Both the position numbers and the translations under genes were made by a program. A model generated the notes under the pieces. The model was not told where the DNA came from. It searched no databases and saw nothing but the letters and a program-made list of their open reading frames with translations. Source: Takakia lepidozioides (lineage: Eukaryota > Plantae > Bryophyta). Taken from it: DNA of 64,000 bases. The stretch spans positions 29,946,001 to 30,010,000 of the forward strand of contig CM060732.1 of NCBI GenBank assembly GCA_030704615.1. Direction: 5' to 3'. Positions 57,440-64,000 of this stretch are shown here, in pieces; the stretch's first letter is position 1; each line of letters starts with the position of its first letter.

Positions 57440-59600
57440 TTAACGGAAATTTAGCTTGGAAGTAGTGGCGGGGTGCTTGACGTGTTTCCAGTTCACGTCT
57501 CTCTCAAATTCCGACGAGGCCGTGGAGTGGAGCTCTGAGGTCTCCCCAGCGCTGATGGGGAGAGCGTTCCAAACACAATGTTCCTGCTCGTCGCTTTGAC
57601 AAATGATGCCATGACAAGCCCACGTCGCTCTGAATGTGGCATGGATTGCTAGCGCCTGCTTGGGGGTCCTGTGACAATCTGCAACACATTTTTCCCAACA
57701 TTTTTTTGACTCCGTTAAAAGGTCTTTGCACGCCATTGCCAACAAAGCAGAGGTACTGATTGTTTCCTCGCTAAAGGTCTTTTTACATCTAGCACGCCAT
57801 AAGTGCCATAACGTAGATGCGCGAAGTGTCTCAAAGACCGGACATGGAAAGGATCGGGCCGTGGCTGTTTTGTTGTAATTAAGTAACAGGTCCAGAGGGC
57901 CAATGGCCGAGAGGGTCCAATGTCTGTAGAAGACCTTGATCAAGATGTGTCTCTAGCGAGGATGGCACAAGTTTTGTTCCAGTTGACCTTGAAACCAGAG
58001 GCTTCACAGAAGGCCTCCAAAGTGGCTGCAGTTCTGTCCAGGTTGGTTTGGCTTGCTTGAAGCATCAGGAAAGTGTCATCTACATACATGGATTCCCTGA
58101 TGTAGGCAGGCTGGTTTGTTATATAGTTAGTGATTCTAAGACCCAGAATCTGCCTGTCTACTTGTAGCATGTATCCAAGCGTATCGGCGCCAATAATGAA
58201 GAGGAAAGGAGCCAGGGGGCAGCCTTGACGGACAGATCAATACATGTTGAATGGCTTTGAAGGTCTTGGAAGAATTGCAGATTTTGTTTTGCTTCCAGGT
58301 AGGTATCGAAAGTTTCTTGATCACAACGAGGAGATTCCATTCTTCTCTGACAGACTGAGAGGCACTTGATGAGTGCCCTTATCCTCTTTGAGACCAAGCT
58401 GTCCGCAGGCCTTGTGTGAACTCTGGGATCTGTAGCAGAGAGGCATTCATTTTGTAAAGACCCTTGGCCCTTGGGCGAGTGTTTGGAATATCCAAGGACG
58501 CCTCGATGACGGCGTGATCAAAGCCGGGGTGGATGGGGTGTTGGGACAGCCTCCAGGACCATTGGATATAGTCCATGGAGGCGTAAAATCTGTCCAATCT
58601 AGCCATCTGGAGATCCACGAGAGCTCTGTTGTTTGACCAAGTGAAGACTGGGCCAGAGGGGGGCATAGGCCCCCAGGTGGCCACTTCTATTTTCCACCAG
58701 ATTGTGATTGAGGGTGCGGGAGTGCCAGTGTTGTGTCTCTGTCATGTCTGGGTTAAATTGGCCAAGACCCCGCCTATCAGTAGAAGACTCAACCATATTG
58801 AAGTCCCCTGCCAACACCTAGAAATCTATCTCATGTTCCAGATCCATATTGGTATTTATGGATTCCCGGAGCTATGCCCTCTCTGCTGGCGTGTTTGGAG
58901 CATAAATATTAATTAACCCTAGTCGGCCTCCTTTGGCTGGAAGGTCTATGGCACAGAACTGAACTCTACCTGGAACCCATGAGCCTTCCGAGACTATACA
59001 TTGAAAGAGGGATGAGGAAACTAAGATGGCAGTGCCTTTTCTGGAACCTTCGGAAGTTGGTATCCAGAGGGAGTTGGCCCGTGGCCAGAGATTATCTGAG
59101 AGAGAAGCAATTTTCCCCAGATCAAGTTTGTGTTCTTGTAAGAAGAGAATTGCTTCTTTTCGAAGGTAAGGGGATAGAAAATTCTTAATGCTAGCATGCT
59201 TTGGGGAAGCACTATCCGCCCCAAGGCCCCTGATGTTCCAAGAGGCCATGTCAATCAACATGGGGGTGGAAGGCAAGGCTGAGATGATTTGATGGCCTCT
59301 GACTTAGACAATTGAATTTAACCCGCTTATCAAAAAGGAGACAGCCGATTCATTCCGACGAAGAATATCCACTGCTACTGGAGTAAGAGTCCAAATTGAA
59401 GGTAGAATTATCTATGAAGACACTAGCCCTGCTCTGCACAAAATCCTCTCTGTCATAAAGCACAGGAGGGGGAGAAGAAAGGAGACCAGATTTGCAAGCT
59501 GCAGCCTCCGCATAACATGGCATCTGTAACGTCTTCCGGTGTGCTATTTGGGGTAAATGGCCTCTACAAATTGCTCGGACCACATAACTTATGATTCGTT
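57440..59600 (-). mobile_element. Internally deleted L1/Tx1-type LINE
   Basis: APE motifs ASWNIRGL, LQEH, NIYAPN, AGDFN, FTWSN and ARLDRFY. A short RT piece (RQGCPLAP, YVDD, VNWNKT) and C-terminal LWHLWRAR follow. Large deletions separate the blocks. Confidence 0.8.
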
Positions 59601-59998
59601 GTCATGTCCTTCGTCCATGTGACCAGAAATCCATGTTGGGTAAATGCCAGGTCTTTTGCTTCCAAGCAGGGGTTGGGTTCATTTGCAAGTTTTCTAATTT
59701 TTATTTTATTTTATTTTTCTCCGAATGTGCCAGATTATGGTGTCGTCAACGACACCTTAATCTAGCTAGTTTTCTGGTGTACTATTTGGGATGAATGACA
59801 TCTACAAATTGCAAACGATTTATATTAAAGCACCAAACGGCCTCTCCAATTGGGTGTCAGCATCTCTCTCGACTTAGGATACCTGGTGAAAGGACAACCA
59901 CAACCCTCTGTAGTTGGCAAAGGTTCACTCTGGAGCTCGGGGGATTTGGCAACCACTACTCAAAAATGCTTTTTAATTTTGCATTCAACCACAAACTA

Positions 59999-60075
59999 CA
60001 TTCATCCATGTGTCATTCATCCAACATACATTCATCGCCCATTCATCCATCATTCATCCGTCATTCATCCATAAC
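59999..60075. repeat. CATTCATCC short tandem repeat (about 6 copies), followed by TGCTCAC/GTGAGCA repeats at 60155-60225
   Basis: Directly visible repeats; likely TE subterminal sequence. Confidence 0.55.
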
Positions 60076-60229
60076 GATGAATTGGTATGCATGTTATATT
60101 GGACACTACCCGCAGTAACAGGTCCTCTAAGCCGAATAGGTATCCGCGGTTATAGGTGAGCACATCCAGAAACGTGAGCAGAATTATGCTCACGGAATTT
60201 TCTGCTCACGAATTCTGCTCACGGTTTAG

Positions 60230-62246
60230 CAATCCCCCTATCCTCATACTTACCCACCAGCAGCCACCTGACAACCCCCACCCCTTACTGCAACTCCTAC
60301 CAGGCACCACACCTCCCTTGAGCCAGGCCAACCTTTATACTCAAAGAACCCACCTTTCCCTAAATACCTTAAACATAATGAACCCACCATTACTCTTCTC
60401 TCTCATGTTCAACACACATCCGCCCCTCCCATCCCGCCTACTTTACACACCCACCTTGTCCACACACTTGAACGTACTTATGGCCTCAAGGTCACCTCAG
60501 ACCTATCCCATATACCCCTCCTCTATCGCATAGTACCATTACCCCTGCAACCCACCCACCTCTTAAAATCAACCTGAGTAAAAACTGGATTATAGCACCT
60601 CCTCGCCCACCCCCTGCCCCCCAACCCACGGCAACCACCCCGCCGCCAGGTTATCACCATATGCCTCTCAAGTACTCACTGCTTCACTCCCACTATACTG
60701 ATGGTTCCCACACAGGATCCAACGCCGGGTACGGCGTTTATCACGCCGCTTCGAACCAAGGCACAACCGCTAAACTCCCTGGACCCGCTACCATACTACG
60801 TGCAGAGCTTATGACCATCTACACAGCCCTCTCCCAACTACCCTCATTCTCCCCCCCCCTCACTATATATTTTCATGGATAGTCTTACATCGCTCTTTCT
60901 TATACGCAACCACCTATCTTGCCCCTCCTCACACCACCACCACCCCGATCATAACCTTATTGCAGCCATAGCCAGACTTGCCATCAACTTGGGTCAACCC
61001 ATTCACTTCCTGAAAGTCCGCTCACATACCGGTATCGATGGCAATGATGAGGCTGACCACCTCGCACAAGCTGGCGCTTTTGAGCCCCTCATCGATCCCA
61101 CCAATGACCCTATCCACATCGCACACACCCACCCATTTTGGCTAATACACCCTATACCAAACCCTCCAGACCCTAAGCCTATACGTAACCTCTTTTCCAT
61201 CCTCACTAAAGAAGCCACTAAGCAAGCTAGGGCATCTATGAGCCACACCAAACTCCACATTCAAAATGGACACTCTCCACTATACTTCATTATAAACTAT
61301 CCAACTATTTCTGGCTCTCCAAAGTTATGACTGACACTCAAATTAAACAAACGCTTAAATTTCGCTATGCCCAATACATGGGCCATGAGCGCAAATACGT
61401 CTTCTGGCCGCGCCTATTTCCTTCACCAAACTGCCCCCTATGCGCGCACACTCACCAGGTTATAGACACATGGCCGCATCTTCTGAGCCAATGTACCCAC
61501 CCGGTCATATTACCCGTCATAACCAGGCAGTCTAGCACATCCACAAACTCCTTATGCAACGCTCCAAAACCTGGTTCTCACTCATCAATGCCGGCACTTA
61601 TCAAGGTAAACCTCCAGACCATACTGTTCCACCATGGTTACTTTCATGCCTATGCACACGCTCTCCCTGCACCTGCCTAGCCAGACTATGCCCTGACATC
61701 TTGCTCGTACACGGCCTACCCATCAATTCTCAGCCGCCCTCCTCCCCCTCCCCTCATATCACCATCTATTTCATCGAATTCACATATTGCCATGATCGAT
61801 ACCCCTCCTCCTCTATTTTGGAAAAACGGCAAAAATATGCCCCACTTATCCTTGCTTTCCGTCGTAGGGGCTGGAATACCGGCCCCCTCTCTGTTATCAC
61901 GGCCGACACCCGAGGTGGTATCCACAATGCTAGCATAACGGCACTACACGATAACTTCCATATCCCGATATCCCCTATCCATAAATGCTTTAGAGAGATT
62001 CACCTCACGCGAAAACTAGAGTCCAACCCCCTCCTGGCTCCCTAAACTCCCACAAACACCACACATACCCTGGGGTACCCAGAGTACCCCTTTGGGGCAC
62101 CCTGGGTATCCTCCACCCCATGGTCCCTGGTGTCCCCTGGACACCTACATTATGTATAGGGTCCACCCCCGAAAGGGGGCAGTAGCCGCAAAGGCGAAGT
62201 GGCTCTTAGTTACACCGGCTTTGGCCGGAGTCTTCTCTCTCTCTCT
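60230..62246 (+). mobile_element. 5'-truncated Dualen/RandI-like non-LTR retrotransposon (RNase H, CCHC finger, restriction-like endonuclease), frameshifted
   Basis: YTDGS..RAEL..DSL..KVRSHTGIDGNDEAD (RNase H); CPLC..DTWPHLL..C; PDIL..IEFTYC.D..KRQKY..L (PD-(D/E)xK RLE). Structured 3' UTR and (CT)n tail ending at 62246. 5' boundary approximate. Confidence 0.75.
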
Positions 62247-62620
62247 GGATGATACCCTACCAGTTTGGTAGGTGGTTGAAAATCTGGTACCTAATACCAG
62301 TACCAGATCCATTTTTGTGAGGAAAACCTAGGTATCAATATCGAGGGTGCAATATGCACTATGCATGATATGGATGCAGCTTTCAATAAGCAAAATAGAA
62401 ATCAGGTCTTGGGGGTGTGGATGTGATTGTACCATCGAGCCTTCAAATTCAATGAGAAGCATGTTTTGTACACATTTATATGAGAAGTGGGCCTTTCAAT
62501 ATTAGCATATCGTGAATTTGTTTGATACCAGACCAGTTTTGATAATACCCTGGTATCAGTTTCTAAATACTATTGCTATTGATACCTGTAAAACACCACA
62601 CCAATCATGTATTGGCCCTG
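62247..62620. mobile_element. hAT-like non-autonomous remnant related to 9299-9941
   Basis: ATACC/GGTAT repeats; ends ATGTATTGGCCCTG (reverse complement CAGGGCCAATACAT). Confidence 0.35.
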
Positions 62621-64000
62621 CCTTTCTTTAAGGCAGAACGACGCAAAGGGTTTGAGCCTGTCAAGTTATTTTACCACTAGTGTGAAGTTAGTTAGAAAAT
62701 AGCTAGCTTTTATATATTGACATTTGGGATTGACCCAAGTGTCAATCCAGGGGTCAATACATGTTTGGGCACCTGACGTTGTTATCTTCACAGCAGATTG
62801 TGGTGGGCTCATCTATCTCGAGTTGAGCCTCACCGCGTCTAGGCGCCATAGTGTGGATTCCCCATGGTGTGGGGTGCACTTGGCTCGACCTAATATATGA
62901 GTGATGTTTTCATGTGCAAGTATGTGAGTTTGAGAGAGCTTGTGTGCTTGTATCATTTCTTTCTTTATCACTCGAGAAAGATCAGCTCGAGTCTGTGAGT
63001 GACAGGTTCGAGTTAGTTGTAGCATTTGCGTTTTCAGATCATGAAAAGCGGTTCAGCCTAGAGTGCAGGGATCCGTGCATGAGCATATCCAAAGCGGATA
63101 GAGTGCAAAGGCGAACATGTTGCAAGTTTGCAATGGATAGAGAGGTGGGTAGCCTATGTTGACGAGCGGCGTTGCATAGCTCAACGCTATGGCAACCAAG
63201 TTTGGGCTTCTAGTGTGAAGCGGAGGAGATATGGCCACGAGTGGGCGAACTGGTGGTCGTCTTCTTCAGCTGCAGGCCGAGTTAAGGAGCTGCAGAAAGA
63301 AAAATGTGGGTGCGCATGGAAGCTAGCATGTTGCAGGTGGAGATGATATGATCAGCTCCAGGTATTTCTGCCCGAAACTAGGGTTGCGGGTAGATGAGGA
63401 GAGCAGCCGATGGTGAGCTGCAGGGGATGCATCGCAGCCCGTTGGGAGCTTCAGCTCCAAACTCATGAAGAGGTATGAGTGAGAGAGGGCAGGTCCCTCT
63501 TGTGTGCAAATCAGTGCACTTATGAAACATGTGCTGAGTTGGAGTTTCAATCTGAAACTCAGCAGTGTAAGGGCTCTTGGAGTGGCAAGAGCGGGGCTGG
63601 AAGGGCAGCAACAAGGTGCCCTAGAGCCAGGGGATATGCATGAGAAGTGCAGGTGCACCAAGTTTGTAAAGGTGTGTATTTTCATATTCGTTTTTGTGAG
63701 CTTCATGAAAAAATGGAGCTTGTTGGCCAGCATATTGTTGCTTGTTGAGTTTAGGGTGATTCTAGGGGCCATGAGAGCTCAGGAGTGCAGGGCGACGGGG
63801 CTGATGGCTCGCAAAAGCCATAGCTCAGTGGCAGCAGGGTAGGAGCAAACCCCAGCTCGGGGGGAGAGCTCGGGAACGCGTGGGACCGCCAGAGAATGCC
63901 TCGGGAACGCATGGGAACTCGTGGGGAGTTCCAGGGGATGCAAGGAACAGTGGCCATGATGGGCCGTGGGGGCGGTATCACGAGATACCACGAGCCCAGG

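Noticed and set aside
62115-62205. HDV-like ribozyme (ATGGTCCC...GGCGAA)
   Set aside because: I could not build the nested double pseudoknot; simple hairpins plus loop E explain the sequence better.
62800-64000. ORFs and GC-rich GGGAAC repeats at the window end
   Set aside because: Probably part of an LTR or other TE continuing beyond the window; no diagnostic motif.

Overview
This is eukaryotic, land-plant nuclear DNA; the TE and PPR types suggest a seed-free, probably bryophyte-grade plant (inference). I could splice three intact host genes by hand at GT-AG sites. They are a TRAPP subunit TRS33/TRAPPC6 (15097-17652, -), a divergent 7-exon HAESA/HSL-like LRR receptor kinase (18750-30599, +) and a 5-exon CYP72-clan P450 (46017-48743, -). 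There is also an F-box pseudogene; most of the rest is nested transposon debris. Main points: (1) a complete 6.3-kb non-autonomous Pack-CACTA (36937-43251; 19-bp TIRs, CAT TSD) carrying intron-containing host fragments, with an inverted sister copy ending at 3188. (2) The cargo, best preserved at 51962-54660, comes from a chimeric gene in which an OSB-type ssDNA-binding PDF motif reads in frame into a PLS-class PPR array. (3) A young APE-RT-zinc-finger LINE inserted twice into introns of the kinase, with 11-bp TSDs and no poly(A). (4) A Dualen/RandI-like RNase H + restriction-like endonuclease fragment with a highly structured 3' UTR. No database searches were run; family assignments rest on motif recognition.
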